Shown: in pieces, positions 1 through 13,902 of the stretch
Layout of the letters: every line of letters begins with the position of its first letter
Numbering within the stretch: position 1 is the stretch's first letter
Assembly: GCF_018350175.1 (NCBI RefSeq)
Contig: NC_058371.1
Location: 104,346,001 to 104,410,000, forward strand
DNA length: 64,000 nucleotides
Reading direction: 5' to 3'
Source of the DNA: Felis catus
Taxonomy: Eukaryota
Made by a program: the position numbers and the translations under genes
The notes under the pieces: generated by a model
Told to the model about the DNA's origin: nothing
Seen by the model: the letters and a program-made list of their open reading frames with translations, nothing else
Databases searched by the model: none

Positions 1-600
1 TGCAAATTAAAGCAACAGTGAAACACATTTGTATAGCTGTCAGATGGCCAAAAATTTAAAAGCCTGAAAATACTAGGGGCTGGTTAGAATGTAAGGTTAA
101 CAAAAATTCTTAAGCATTGCTCATAAAGGTATAACTTCTGTAATCCCTCTGAAGATTTCAACAAAGAAACTCTTATGTATGTGCACAAGCAGACCCATAT
201 AGAGATGTTCACCATAGATGTTTTTTAGAATTCTAATAGCAAAAAATTGGAAACAACCCAAACATCCATCATTTGGGGATTAGATGAATAAAATTTGGTA
301 TGGAATACAACATTATATATAAAATGAATGAACTAGATCTATATATGAACTGATTGAAAAACAACATTGAATATAATAATAGGTTGCAAAATTATGCATT
401 TCTTACTATTTTATTTGAGTAACCTTTTTGACAGATGAAAGTACTAGGTCTTGTTATAGATTCATATATTTCTTAGGAATGCAATGTTAGGGGTTGACTC
501 TGGGAAGGAAAGATGGGAGAAAGAAGAATGGCCCTGGAAGGAGAAAGTCCAATTTAATTTTCTTAGATTAATTCAAAAAAGGAAACATCCTCAAATAGTA
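1..600 (+). mobile_element. Old L1 (L1M-type) ORF2 3' end / 3' UTR fragment
   Basis: Degenerate L1 3' motifs (tgcaaattaaagcaacagtga; aaaaattggaaacaacccaaacatccatca). Confidence 0.7.
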
Positions 601-619
601 ACACCTTGTAGTTCTTTAT

Positions 620-770
620 TAGTGATTCTCAAAGTGTCTTTTATCTTTGGACTAGGAGCATGTGGCATCACCTGAGAGCTTTGAGAAATATAGATTCTCG
701 AGCCCCAACCCAGATCTGCTAATCTGAACCTGTAGAGTGGGGTCCGGCAAGCTGTGTTTAACAAGCCCCA
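620..770. mobile_element. MER5A-like hAT-Charlie MITE
   Basis: agtgattctcaaagtgt...gcatcacctgagagctt...tgtgtttaacaagccc resembles MER5A. Confidence 0.7.
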
Positions 771-1724
771 CACTGCCACTGTTCTAGGTGACAGAGATAT
801 GGATGTTTATTATCTTATTCTCTGTGATTTTCTGTATTTTTAAAATTAAGTGTTAAAACGAACAATCTTAAGCTTTTCTTTGCCACTCTCCCGAAGTCCT
901 TCTAGGCCCTAAGTTCCAGCTCCATAACTAAAGGATTATTAACAGCATAAACTTCTTACTGCCACATCAGTTCTCAGATGTGGAGAGATCACTTAATATC
1001 AAGCAAAAGGCAGAGAAAGAAAATGGGCAGATATAATTAACTATTATTCGAATGTGAATTGTTGAGTAAGTACATCACCCTAACAAGTATTTGATCCCTC
1101 TGACACTTTCCCATTATCGTCAACAGCAAATCTCCATCAAACATTGAGTGCATTCAGGACAAAGCAAAGTACCGATGCTACAGTAAGGCATAGATATAAA
1201 TCATGTCCTTAGAAAACAATCTAGTTGGAGAGCCGGGATGAGAGGAGAGAAAACGAGGTTAAAAATGAGAATACCTCATTGTGAAATGGATGGCATACCC
1301 AGCTGCCACACAGAATTTCAGAAGGGTTTCAAGGGAAGCTTTCTGTGGACTCTGCCTCAGTAGAGAAAGGGGAAGGTAATATTTCAAGGAATGATGTGAA
1401 CAAAGGTCATCATAGCGTTCTAATTCAAAGACCCATTTAAGTGATCTTGTTTGAGGCTGAGGGTGTGGAATCCATCATCAGTTTTCATCCTTTAGATGGA
1501 TGGAACATTACAATGTTTTGAGTAAAAAGGTGATTTGTATGTGCAGAGCAGTGTCCCAAGAAGATAAATTTGGCATGAGTGTCAAAGGTCGACTAAAGGC
1601 AGAAAAACAATTAGCAATGATATGTCAGGGCTCTCAAAGAGAGTGAGGATTTAGATGGTGAAGCACAAGATACAGTATGGAGTGAGGGAAAGTGAAAAAG
1701 GAATGGAGAATGATTCTAATGGAA

Positions 1725-2218
1725 TATGTTAGTTTCTTATTGCCTCTGTAAAAAAAACTACCAGAAATTTAGTGGCTTAAAACAACACACAAGTGTATTA
1801 TCATACAGTTTTGGATGTCTGAGTCTAAAACAGGTCTCACTGGGCTAACATCAAGGTGTCAGAGTATTGTGTTCCTGTGTGGAGTCTCTAGGGGAAGAAT
1901 CTGTTCTCTTGCCTTTTCCAGCTTCTACAAGCTGCTTACATCCCTTGGCCTGTGGCCCTTTCTTCTGTCTTCAAAACCTGCAGCCAAGCATCTTCAAATC
2001 TCTGACTCCAACTCTTCTGCCTCCTGCTTTCCCTCATAAGGATGCTTGTGATTACAGTTGGAGGACCCACCCAGATGAGTCAGGATAATCTCTCCATCTC
2101 TAGATCCTTGAGTTAATTGCATCTGCAAAGTTCCTGTTTGCCATTTAAGGTAACATAATCACAGGTTCTGGGGATTAGAAGGAGAACATCTTTGCGGAAC
2201 ATTATTTTGCCTACCACA
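1725..2218 (-). mobile_element. MLT1 (ERVL-MaLR) solo LTR, MLT1C/D-like
   Basis: ttagtggcttaaaacaacac start, ends gcctaccaca; possible 5-bp TSD tggaa/tggac. Confidence 0.85.
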
Positions 2219-2377
2219 TGGACTATGGCCATAATTGGATGATTGTCTAGGATTTGAAAGAGAGGTGAGAAAGCCCGGATTGGTCATACCAACTCTGTCA
2301 CTTTCAGTTTGCTTGCTTGTAAAACAGAAGGAGAAGGTGGTATATGGGTGAGATTCTCTTCCAAGCCTAATGCTCTA

Positions 2378-2523
2378 AGTAGAATGTCACCTCCATGAGG
2401 ACATGGGTTTCTATCTGTCTTGTGCTCTGCTGGGTCTTCGTTGCCCAGAACAATCACTGATATATGAGAGACTCAGAGATTATTTTTTGAATAAAAATAT
2501 TTTTTGTTGGATGAATGACTGAG
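2378..2523 (+). mobile_element. L2 3' end
   Basis: tagaatgtcacctccatgagg...gttggatgaatgactga. Confidence 0.6.
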
Positions 2524-5500
2524 TCAAGTAAATTTTTGCAAAGAACACTGGGGAGACTTCTCCACTGGCTCCTGTATGTATTAAATTTGCATTTTCTTGG
2601 TGAAATAAGGTTTTGGCTCAGGTTATACCTGGTCTAGGGGCCCTGTCATTATGATAGTGGCATTCCATGGATGGGAGAGAAGGATAGCTAAAAATTGTAG
2701 AGTCTGTTCCTTTCTTCCCTTGCATTTTTAGCTTCCATCCTGAGTGTCCCCTGGAATTGAGAATAAGGAAGTGTATTGAGATTGATGTATGGCCTCAGTA
2801 AGTGTCTGGGGCAGCTGCTAATTGAAGAAGAAATTGCTCACTGTGGCAATGATCAGTTGCCCCTGAATTGACCAGCTGTCACATTCCACACTGTTCACTC
2901 AGTGAGAGTCAAGTCTTGCCCTTTGCATTCCTAAAAGAACACTTGACCCTGTGAGGACATAATATCCATTTATGCTGTGCAAAGTGCCAGTAAAATAGAA
3001 AACAGAAGTTTCTTTGTGCTTCAAAAAAAAAATAGCATAGAGTACTGCCATTTGAGGATCCAGGTAGCCAGCAGGTAGGCAGAGTGATTGGGCTTTCTGA
3101 TGTGGAAACTAATACTTTTAAGGGGCTTTGCCTCTCAGATATGACGTCTGACACACACTTGCCATAAAGACGATCGTTCGAAACTGACATTTAAAAAGCC
3201 TATTGTTAGCAGTTACTTGGCTTGAAGACAATGAGCTAATTTGTTTAAAGGGGCAGTAGATGACCGAAGAAGGAAATCAACACAAGGAGGGCAGAAAGGG
3301 GCTAGTTTTGCTTAGGATCCTTGAAATTCAGAGAATCAAACTCTTTTTGGTCTTTTACTGAATTATGTGATCTTGGACAAATGCTATGCTTTTTCTCCTA
3401 TTTTTACCTGTTCTTTTTTTTTTTAAATCAGTGCTGTTTTTAAAATGTCATCCATCTGGGGATGGAGGCACATGTATGTATTAGATATATGTTCTTGGTC
3501 TAATAACTCTTTGAAGAACATGCCTGTGTTTTTAATACCAGTTATATTTAATTAATTGTCTCTTAAATTAACCTCAATATCTGAATCTGTAAAATTATTA
3601 GTAAGAGAAGTAATTGGTTACCAGAAAGGTTGAAAAATTCATCATTGGAAATCCTTATTCCATGACATTGCCTAAAAGTAAATATCTTGTTTAATATTAG
3701 AGGGAAAAAAATTGTGGGTCAGGGGAATTCAATATAGTAAAGATCTGGTGTTGAGGGAATACAAAGTAGGCTTTAAAGCCTATAAACAAGATTTCTGGTC
3801 TGTTGGCCAGACTGTACAGATGCAGAAGAATACCCCTCCACAATTCTGCAAACAAGTAGAAGATAAAATTTTACCAAGAACAAGTTTACAAATTACAAAT
3901 GCGCTCAAGAAAGGGAAAACCCACAGGTGTCAGACACAGAGGGGAACCCAAGGTAAGAAACGTGAGCATGGAGTCCTGGCCAGATGGGCTCACGAGGATC
4001 TGAGATTCAGGATAGTGACGAATGTCCAGGGGTAGCATCCGCAGGCTATGGAATGCATACACTCTGCAGGAATAGCATGGAGGGGCAGGGAGGGGAAGCC
4101 TAGATGAGTGATGGTTTCATTCATGAAAATGGGCCTGGCAAACTCCACCAGCAGACAGGAGAAGCCTCAAGGAAGCTTGTCTCCTGCCTGCTGCTGTGAG
4201 AGAAAGAAGAGGCACCTGTGAATCATGAGAACATGAGCCTGTGCTCTACACAGGTATGGAGTTCACATTCACACTCCCAAGGCAGTGCCAAGACAAACAG
4301 GAAGTCACTGGGCACAGATGCTTCACGACTCAGGGAAGGTGGGACTCCTGTGGAAAACAGCCCTTGCTAAAGATGAACTCTCAGGCAAAGAGATGAAGGA
4401 CTTAGTATTTATAAGAGAAGGAGGAGGAGGAGGAATAGACAGATTTGAAAAATGAATCTGATAGAAATTCCAGAATGGAAAATAGTTATTGAACCATGTG
4501 AACACTCTTGTGTTGGTTGAAAATTGTGAATAATGACTGATAGTATGGTTTCAAGGACACTGTTGTTTTAACTACCGAGAAAACTTTTCAGCCCATGGTT
4601 AGAAAAATGTTTATCATATAAACAGTTCTGAGTATCAAATGTGCGGATTGAAACTGAGGTTGAAATTGGCATACAAATTTTAATACAGGAAGAGCTGAAG
4701 GGATCATCTCCAAGTGCACCGAAGAAGCCTTGTTTGAAGTTCTCTTCTACTTAAATGAAGTTGCTGCAGGCACACTGGGAACAGGCCATGCTTTGATCCT
4801 GCTTCTCTGGTAGAGGTTGATGCTCACCGACCCACTTCGAAAATATTTACCCCCTGCCCCTCCCAGCTCTCGCCTACCACCCCAGGTCAGTCTGCAGATC
4901 ACTGACCAGGTTGAGGGTTATCTGTAGCCTGCAGCCTTGGACCATAATGAGCTCATTAGCCCACACCGGCTTTGTTCTCATTCTCAAGAGACTCTAGTGA
5001 TCTAAACTGACCAATGTTATCATTTTTACTGGTCTTGATTTCAGAAAATACATTATGCCACTGATTTGCCTCTTGTAAGACTAGGAAATTAACTGTTCTC
5101 TCACTGTCAATTTATGGTGACATCATGATCGACTAAGACGTTAATACAGTTTGGTGACCATTTAATAAACAACTAGCTTTTTGTGTCTTTCTATTTTTGA
5201 ATGAGTGGGAACTTTACTTTCTAGCTTGAGTACATTGCCTCACACAGCTCCACATGCATGTAGTGCATTACTACATCCTTTTTTATACTGCACAATCATC
5301 TGAGAAGGTTTGCCTAAGACTCTTTGTATCTGTTTGTAAACTTCCCTTCCTTAAAATGAAGATTTAAAATTTAAGTCTTTCTTTTATAAAGCCGTTTACT
5401 AAAGACAAATGAAAACTCAGATGTTATCATGTCTGAGAAACTGCCTCTTTACCCATATTATGTGCCCCCTTCTGTACTCATAGCAGTCTGTGGGCATCTG

Positions 5501-5905
5501 TATCATTGAACTGATCACACCGTCCTATGTGCCTTAAGTGTATGTTTGTGCATCACCCGATCTTGACCCAGAGCTCCTTCAGAGTAGTCTTTCTCCCCAC
5601 TGTTGTCTGTCCTCAGTACAGAGTAGACACCTCAGTAGTTGAAATAACCAGGCTGTACTGATCGCACTGTGTATTAGACCCCAGTGACCCTCAAGTGGCT
5701 CCTGTCAGTTACACTCAGGTGAACATGCTAATCTGCAATCCAGACATTTTTGACCATAGACATAAGTTTTTGCGTGCATTTATTCATTGAGATTGGAGCA
5801 TCTGAATATCTTTTAGCCATTTTCAAGAGCTAAAGGGTACACACAAAAAAAGGGAGAGTTGAACTAAAGACAACAAAAAGGTACAGGACAATTGGAGAAT
5901 TCTGC

Positions 5906-5930
5906 TTTTTTTTTTTTTTTTTTTTTTTTT
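5906..5930. repeat. Poly-T (25 nt)
   Basis: Direct read. Confidence 0.95.
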
Positions 5931-6863
5931 AACATCCCTTTACTCTGTCATGGGTCATGGAGGAAGGGTGTTGAGAAGATCAGAAAACTGCATCAAATAA
6001 AAATGCATTTCCCCTTCCTTGTTTTGCTCTCCTAGCCAAGAATTTTATATCATTTTTTAGAGCTAAGGGACCAGAAGGAGCTGAGGAAAAAAGGGTGAGC
6101 CACACACACAAAACCAAGGGCTTTATTTTTCTAAAGTGTAACCATTTAGGGGATAATAGCTGTTCCACTGATATTAAATCACACAAGGAAGGAGAAAGTA
6201 GAATTCATAAGAGGAAGGAGGAAAAAAACAAAAGGTAAGTTTTGAAGGTCTTTAAAAGACTAAAGCAATTATTCAGACTGAATTTGGAACTAAACAGGTA
6301 AGTAAAATACACTTTCAAGCAGAAGGAAGAGAAGGTTCTTAAAGTGTTGCTACACCTTTTGTGGAAACTTAAGACATATTCCCAGAGTTTGAGCTCAGTC
6401 TTAAGATACAGTTTACCTTTGATTCATTGGAAGTAAGACTCAGCCTGTTAATTCCTGTGTTGGGTTTTCAAGAAAACCTCTTTTCCCAAAAATAAGCCTA
6501 TTGGGGGTAAAACAATTTTTAAGGTCAGAAGTTTCAAAGGAAGTTGGACTACACCCCTACATTAGAAATTATTTTTCACCCTAATTGGCCACTGGATCCT
6601 GTATCATTTTTAGTAAAAGACCGTGTTTAACTAAACCATTTGAAATATTATATTTAAAGCTAATATAACATGTTCATTTTATCACACATTTAATTTGGAT
6701 GTGACAGAAATTTACAGTTTATTTTTCATCCAAAAATCTTGAAAAATATTCACTTAAAATGTGATGGCCAACAATATTTCCCACAATGCAAAGTGAAGTC
6801 ACAGAATCAAATATGGTGGGACCCAAAAAGCTGACAACATTCGAATTCTTATTAGACAAGACA

Positions 6864-7108
6864 GGGGCACCTGGGTAACTCTGTCAGTTAAGTCTCCGAC
6901 TCTTGACTTCGGCTCAGGTTATGATCTCATTATCCTGGAATTGAGCCCCACATCGGCTCACTCACGCTGAGCATGGAACCTGCTTGGGATTCTCTCTCCC
7001 TTTCTCTGTGCCCCTCTCCCGGCTTGCATTCTCTCTCTTTCCCTCTCTCTCTCTCTCTCTCTCAAAATAGATAAATAAACATTTAAAATATATAAATTTT
7101 AAAAAAAA
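6864..7108 (+). mobile_element. CAN-SINE (older subfamily)
   Basis: ggggcacctgggt head, (CT)n region, A-rich tail. Confidence 0.9.
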
Positions 7109-7194
7109 GGATGTAGCAAATGATACAGAACTAGTTCAAAGCTGAGGGGTTTTGTTTTGGTTTCAAAGTTTGTTGCTATTTTAAAGCACACGTA

Positions 7195-7410
7195 GGGGCG
7201 CCTAGGTGGCTTCGTCGGTTAAGCGTCCGACTTCGGCTCAGGTCATGATCTCGCGGTCCGTGAGTTCGAGCCCCGCGTCGGGCTCTGTGCTGACAGCTCA
7301 GAGTCTGGAGCCTGTTTCAGATTCTGTGTCTCCCTTTCTCTCTGCCCCTCCCCTGTTCATGCTCTGTCTCTCTCTGTCTCAAAAATAAATAAACGTTAAA
7401 AAAAAAAAAA
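7195..7410 (+). mobile_element. Felid CAN-SINE (SINEC_Fc-like), CpG-rich
   Basis: Full length; perfect TSD aaagcacacgtag (7183-7195 / 7410-7422). Confidence 0.95.
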
Positions 7411-7436
7411 AAGCACACGTAGAAATCCCTCCATAA

Positions 7437-7610
<174 letters not shown>

Positions 7611-9216
7611 TAGGAAGATGTTTTCTCTTTTTAGTGTATATAGACTTAGCTATTGCTGAAATTGTTGATCACAAAAAAATCACGGTTTAAAATGGTCTGA
7701 AATGTTCAAAAGTGTCTCTTTCCTATGGCTAACTACAGTGCTGACTTTGAGGTCCTAGGGGTAGTCAGTCCTCAGAAACCCCCAACTACCTCCTCACTGT
7801 GTCACCAAGTCCCCTGCCCCCCAAGGGCTGTGTGCATGTTGGGGCCATACAGAGGGTGACACGGTATTTTAACTATCTCATTTACCTTTCATCACTGCTA
7901 TAAATAAATTCAACGCTGAGTAAAAACCCCTGAAGCTCCAAGTTCAGAACTCCAGGTCAGCTAAAAATTGGAATTGCCTCCTGGGGAAGCAAATTTCAGA
8001 ATGTTTTATAAGCTTTGCACACAGACGGTGGGGCGCCAAGGTGTGAATTCAGGCTGGATGATGTGAATTTAGCTTCAGAAAGAGCGGCAGTCAGCATTAT
8101 TTTATTACTCTTCCCATCCAACTCTGAAGGAATACATTCCATGCACCACATCGACATGCTTCCCGTTTAAGGACGGAAGCCCCTAAACCTGTTTATAACT
8201 TCATTCTGTCAGTAGGTTTTATTATTTCTCTTCCTGAATATGTAATTATATGTATATCGTGGAGCCTACTGAATTCTTCTTATTCAAGACTGTCGCTATT
8301 TATGTCCCTCCCCTGAAAATTAGTAGGAACGTTTGGAAGACATTCAAACAAGACAGAGTTATTTTTGTCTCCATGGTGTAGGCCGTACTGGCACTTATGT
8401 TGGTCCCCATGTTTTAATTTCTTCAGAACATAGCAAGTACCTTTTAAAATCAGTGTAATAGACATCTAGTCTCCTATTCTGTTAATGACACCTGAGAATA
8501 TTTGGTGGGGAACATGGTTCTAGAATGGCTTTATATTTATATTTCATCATTTTCCCATTAAGATAATCCCTTCTTGAAAGAGTTGCATTCGTAGGCTGTA
8601 TCATCTCTGGGCAAAATAAGTATAATTGTAAATAAAGTATGCCATGGACAGACTTGTTTTAGTCAATAATTAATATAATTGTGAGCATACCACTATAAAA
8701 TAGTGTACTGTGGATGACGATCCGTGTTAAAAAACATACTGAAGCTAATATTTTATACAACATATGGGACTGTTACTGCCAGTATTCTCCCAATAAGTAT
8801 GTTAGCTTTCATTAGCCCCAGTAGTAACTTACAGGCTATTTATATAGTCTCAGCACAGATCCAGCTCTTAATATCATTCAGAGACAACACCAAATTTTGC
8901 ATAGGGTGAATTTCAGTTTCAAATGGCATAAAGAGATCTGTGTCCTACTCCCTCCCGTTTTCTCCTTGGTAATTTGTAACTAGTGTATGACTTTAGGGGA
9001 TAGTGTTAATACTGGTCATCTACTTACTGTACCAGTTAGCTAACACTTGCTCTGCATCAGTTCCTAATTCTGTGCAGAATTAACATGTACCCTTTGGGCT
9101 TTCTAATATTTATTTCAGCTATAAATACTTTGGGATGTCTTCTGTGTTTCAGACAATATAACAAGACAGTTTTGTAGACAGTTCTTAATTTGGCTGTTGT
9201 CTTCCCTGTTTTCTAG

Positions 9217-9306
9217 GACTTTGCTGCCTATTTGGCATTTTGTGGTATTGTTCTTCATAATGCTCAACTCTATGAGACTTCACTGCTGGAGAACAAGAGA
9301 AATCAG
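9217..9306 (+). CDS. PDE5A: PDE5A exon 5 (90 nt, phase 0-0): [30 protein letters not shown]
   Basis: Acceptor ttttctag; non-canonical donor CAG|gcaagt; translation continues exon 4 in frame. Confidence 0.96.
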
Positions 9307-9339
9307 GCAAGTCTGATTACTAAAGAGCGTATAGGAATT

Positions 9340-10670
9340 CTTTTTTTAAAAAATTGTTAAATTTTTATCCAGGTAAAATATGTGTATGATTAAAAATCCA
9401 CTTAATATTTTAGCTGTATCTTCTAATAATTTTTTTCCATTTCCTGTATTCAATGCTCTGTTGCTTTATCACTGTTAGAAAATATTCATTAACTTAAAAG
9501 AGGTGGATTTATTCGATTTACATCACTCTGTACTTGCCATTATCCTGTTCCACTAGTATCATTACATCTGTTTTAAGTTACTGGATGGGTTGCATTCATA
9601 ATGTTAGGTACGGCTTTTAGTTCTTGCCCTATCAACTAGAGACATCATCTGTTGATTCTATGCTTTGTGAAATGAGGATCTTAGCATCCCTCATCTTTCC
9701 TTCCCAACTGCCATGACTTGCCTCTGCTTTTCTCATCAGACCTTTTTCTGTTGCCCACATGATAACATATATGTTGTTCTACAACCATCGTTAACTTTTA
9801 GTAAGCTTTAGTTTAATTCTCAAGTTGTGATTTAAAATAAAGTGTTTATAAGTACTGTGACTATGTAAATATTCATATTACATTTGTTACACAACTTTCA
9901 GTTTTTCATGATGTTTCTGAATCCCATTCCTTTTTTTCCCCTTGAACTTTTCCCCTGAGTGTAGAGTAGCCCTCATGTTGTTAGTTTTTCCCCCATATTC
10001 CCCATTATTTAGGCATACTGTTGAGTTCTTTTCCTTGGAGATCTCAAAGTTGAGGTTTTCCACCATTTCTCTTCCAAGCTGCACTATATCTCCCCTGCCT
10101 GCTGTATAGGTGTCATCATAGAATTTTCCTTCACTGCTTTCTCAGAAGGGCTCCACTGGTTGTCCACTGGATCCCATAACTCCTTCTTTGTCAGTTTATG
10201 CCCTTGTTTTATTGCAACATATTCTCAATTAATTTCTTGAGAAAGAGTATTGATCGGGTAAGTTTTCTGAGTCCTTGCATGTTCAAAAATGCCTATTATA
10301 TCATCCTACCAGTTTGGCTGGGTATAAAATTATAAACTGAAAAATCACTTTCTCAGAATTTACGGGGTGGTGCTTTTGTCTTCTAACTAGCGCCCCTGTT
10401 GTACTGATCCTTGGCTCTGTGTAGGTGTTTTGTTTTGTTTTGTTTTTTGTCTAAGCTTTTCATATCATTTCTCTATATCTTCTTTTTACAAGTTAATTTT
10501 ATAATGTGACTCTTTTTCATTTGTCATACTGGTACCTGGTCATCCCTTTCCATCTGGAGGCTTAAACCCTTCCTTTCTATGTAATTCTTTTTCATTACTT
10601 CTTTGATAATTCCTCTCTCCCACCCTATATTTTCTCTTTTTAGATCTTGTTAATAAAGTAATGGATCTTC
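9340..10670 (-). mobile_element. Ancient L1M/HAL1-like fragment
   Basis: T-rich; ttttctgagtccttgcatgttcaaaaatg and agtttggctgggtataaaatt are typical of antisense old L1/HAL1 ORF1 regions. Confidence 0.55.
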
Positions 10671-11224
10671 CATTGCCTTTGCCTACAGTATCTTCCTACC
10701 TGGTCTCCCTGCTCTGTTCTTGCCACCCATTAATCTAGTCCCCATTTTTACAAACACAGATACAAGCCTGTTACTTTCTTCCTGCAGTCCATCATAGTCC
10801 AAACTGCTTCCAAAGACATACAGGGCTTTTGAGATTCCTTCTCCACTTGAGTCTGCAATCTCATCTCCCCAACTCTCCTCCTCACACTCTATAGCTTCTC
10901 TTAAAACTTGATTAAGACTTATAGTGTATGCTACCCTCTCTCAATTTAGTTGCTTTTGACTGAAATATTTCCCTTTCCCACTTCACCCAAATGATGCCTG
11001 CTTATCTCTCAGGGCTCAGCTAGCATAGCATCTCCTCAAATTTTCTTTGACACCCTTTCTTCCTCCTCTATACACAGATATTCCGTGAGATTAGAAGACA
11101 TTCTATGGAATTCAAAGGAAAGAGAAATTACCAGGAAAAAACACAAAAGGAGCTCTTCAAATTTTGTCTGTTTTGGACAGTATTAACTGTGCTATGTGAA
11201 AATGCTGATAATTGTTGATCTCAG

Positions 11225-11460
11225 AAGTTTGGAACAACAGCAATGACAGTGTGTTTTATGTATCAGATAGTATTCAAAATGCTTTAGAAATGTTCACTTA
11301 TTTAGTGCTTACAATAATCCTATGATTTGATATTATTATTACTATTATCCCATTTTTAAGGAACTGGCCCTATATCACAAAGCTCACAGGGAGGGAAAGC
11401 AGGATTAAAAACTGATGACTCCGGTTTCAGAGTCTGTGATTGTAATCACTATACTAACTG
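11225..11460 (-). mobile_element. MIR
   Basis: cttacaataatcctatga...attattatcccatttt. Confidence 0.7.
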
Positions 11461-11620
11461 TACTAACAATCAGTATGGAAGCTCTGGTAGTAAATAGAGA
11501 CTTACATATTTAATACTTGAATGCAAACTTGGTTGCAACTTGTTAGACTATAAATAAACAACTTATAAATTGTATAAATCATTGTATTGCTTTAATAATT
11601 ACAAACAATTACTAAATAAT

Positions 11621-11808
11621 NNNNNNNNNNNNNNNNNNNNNNNNNNNNNNNNNNNNNNNNNNNNNNNNNNNNNNNNNNNNNNNNNNNNNNNNNNNNNNNN
11701 NNNNNNNNNNNNNNNNNNNNNNNNNNNNNNNNNNNNNNNNNNNNNNNNNNNNNNNNNNNNNNNNNNNNNNNNNNNNNNNNNNNNNNNNNNNNNNNNNNNN
11801 NNNNNNNN
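11621..11808 (+). other. PDE5A: 188-N gap; inferred location of PDE5A exon 6 (expected 138 nt, VLLDLAS...DEDCS)
   Basis: The 46-aa segment between exons 5 and 7 was not found in the called bases. This is the only gap in that interval and it is long enough. Confidence 0.75.
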
Positions 11809-13745
11809 TAGAAAGACACAAACCTATGTTCCTTAAAGCACAACTTTTAAATCTCATGTTAGCCTCAAATCTCTTGCTAAAACCTAACTGTTTATTGTTT
11901 ATGCAAAGCCAATCAGAGTATGAGCTGTTCTGGTTGAACAGGGGTAGAGGTGAGGTGAGAGGATGCCTTCCATGCACCATTTCACCTTTGTGTCCCTCCA
12001 CTAAGTGGTTACCATGGGAATATCCGTGTGCTGCTTTTGTCAATGACTACACTACCTTGATGGAAAAATACATTGTCATTATGGTGTGCAGACCTTTTGT
12101 GGTCAGGAATAGTGGTGCCCTGGTTGCGATGAACAAGTAGACCCCCATTCTGAGTGGGTTGGGAATAAAATTTTCTTTTTATCAGAAATTGGCTAGAAAC
12201 CAAAGGGCAGGCCCAATAGAGGCAATATTATTAAAGGTACTTGTTAGTCCTAAATCCTTTACCAGCAATGGAAAACCACTAAACTGTTCTAATTGGCATA
12301 TTTCAATCCATTGATGTGTAATGTAAAGAAACAGATGTGTGTGGAAAGATGGAGTATTCTCACCGAGTGCTGGTTGCTTCTAGACAGGCCAGTTGAATTC
12401 ATGGTTAGAATCAGAGCTCCTAGCCTAAAGCAGTTTTCCTCTATGCAGTTTCTTTCCCTTTTTACCTATGAACCACTACTTCTGGGATATATCTTTTTAT
12501 GTCATTTATTTTCTTTTTCCTTTAGACCCTGAGAATAGGCTCTTCATTGGTGGGTTAGGAAAGAGAGTGGGGGTCACCACTTGTGTAGTCTGCTGTAATC
12601 CATATATGATATCTGAATTGATGGGGTTTTTGGGAAGTAGAATAATAAAAGATATATAATATTTATATTAAAATTTCAAAAATTGTTTTAGATAGTAAGA
12701 CTGTACTATATGACTCAACATTTTCTGAATCATTTTGTGGTGTATGGGTGTCTAAGTCTCATTAACTGGATATCAAATGAGAATATACTGTGGTAAGGTG
12801 GTCAGTATTCTCTTAGATACTATTTCATAGTTTCAGTCGGTTACAAAGTCCTTAATACGGAGATGATTGCAAGTAGCTATTCTTTTAAAGTTCAGGTCAG
12901 AACTCATTAATGCAGTAAGTCAATTTACAATTTTTGCTCCGTGACCTGTTCTTTAGCATTTAATTTTTGAAAGTTATACGTAGAACACTGCTTTTTTAGA
13001 CAACTTAAATATCACTTTAATTAACATTCAACTCATGTGCCTACCGGTTAACATCTGCCATGGCAGCAACTGACTTGGATCATTGGTGCTTTGCAGTATA
13101 GCTCAGCAATGTGAACATTAATGTATTTTGTTCACTTTTTAAACCAACTTAATTTGTTGAGTTTGGGAATCAAGTGGCTTGATGTCCATTTATACAATAA
13201 CTTTTTGTTTAAAAAGATTTCAACATGAGCAAAAATCCAAATGTAGGGAAGAAAGGACTCAGTTCTTCTCTCCCCAAATTAAACTAATATCATTGTTTTA
13301 TTTGTGTGTTTCCCTCCAATTCTTTATTCAGTTGCAAATGTAGCATGGGTATGAATATGTATTCTGTTTTTTAATGTAACTTCCAAAGTATTTCTCTGTG
13401 TTGCTAATCTTCACAATTATTTTAATGATCTCATAAAATATGTCTTTTAAAAAGATCTATCAACCGCAATCAATATATGCATAAAAGCTAAAATGTGGAT
13501 TTTGAATAACTATGGAGAAAATTTGAAGCTACCATATTCATTAACACCTGGTAGAAAAACAAAAAACAAGTAGTACGCAAATGAGCGTTTTGCAAGTGAA
13601 TATCAGAAACTGGTAAGAACATGGGAAGGCAACTTGAGGCTGTCAGGAACGGAGTACTTGTGTCAGTTTATTCTAACTTGAAAAATATCACAAGTATTGT
13701 CATCTTTCCTCAGTTGCACACACTTACATGTGTGTATTTAGATAG

Positions 13746-13868
<123 letters not shown>

Positions 13869-13902
13869 TAAGGTAACTTCTCCTCTGTCTTTATCAAAAG
13901 TC

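Noticed and set aside
3712-4500. 107-aa ORF and purine-rich stretch as an extra exon or gene
   Set aside because: No PDE5A similarity and no convincing splice-site pair; the end of the stretch resembles decayed old L1 5' sequence.
8158-8180. Small hairpin gcttcccgt-ttaagg-acggaagc
   Set aside because: Too short for a miRNA or snoRNA precursor; no box motifs.
13055-13066. Palindrome CTGCCATGGCAG resembling an RFX X-box
   Set aside because: The outer bases miss the GTTGCC/GGCAAC consensus, and short palindromes are expected by chance in 64 kb.
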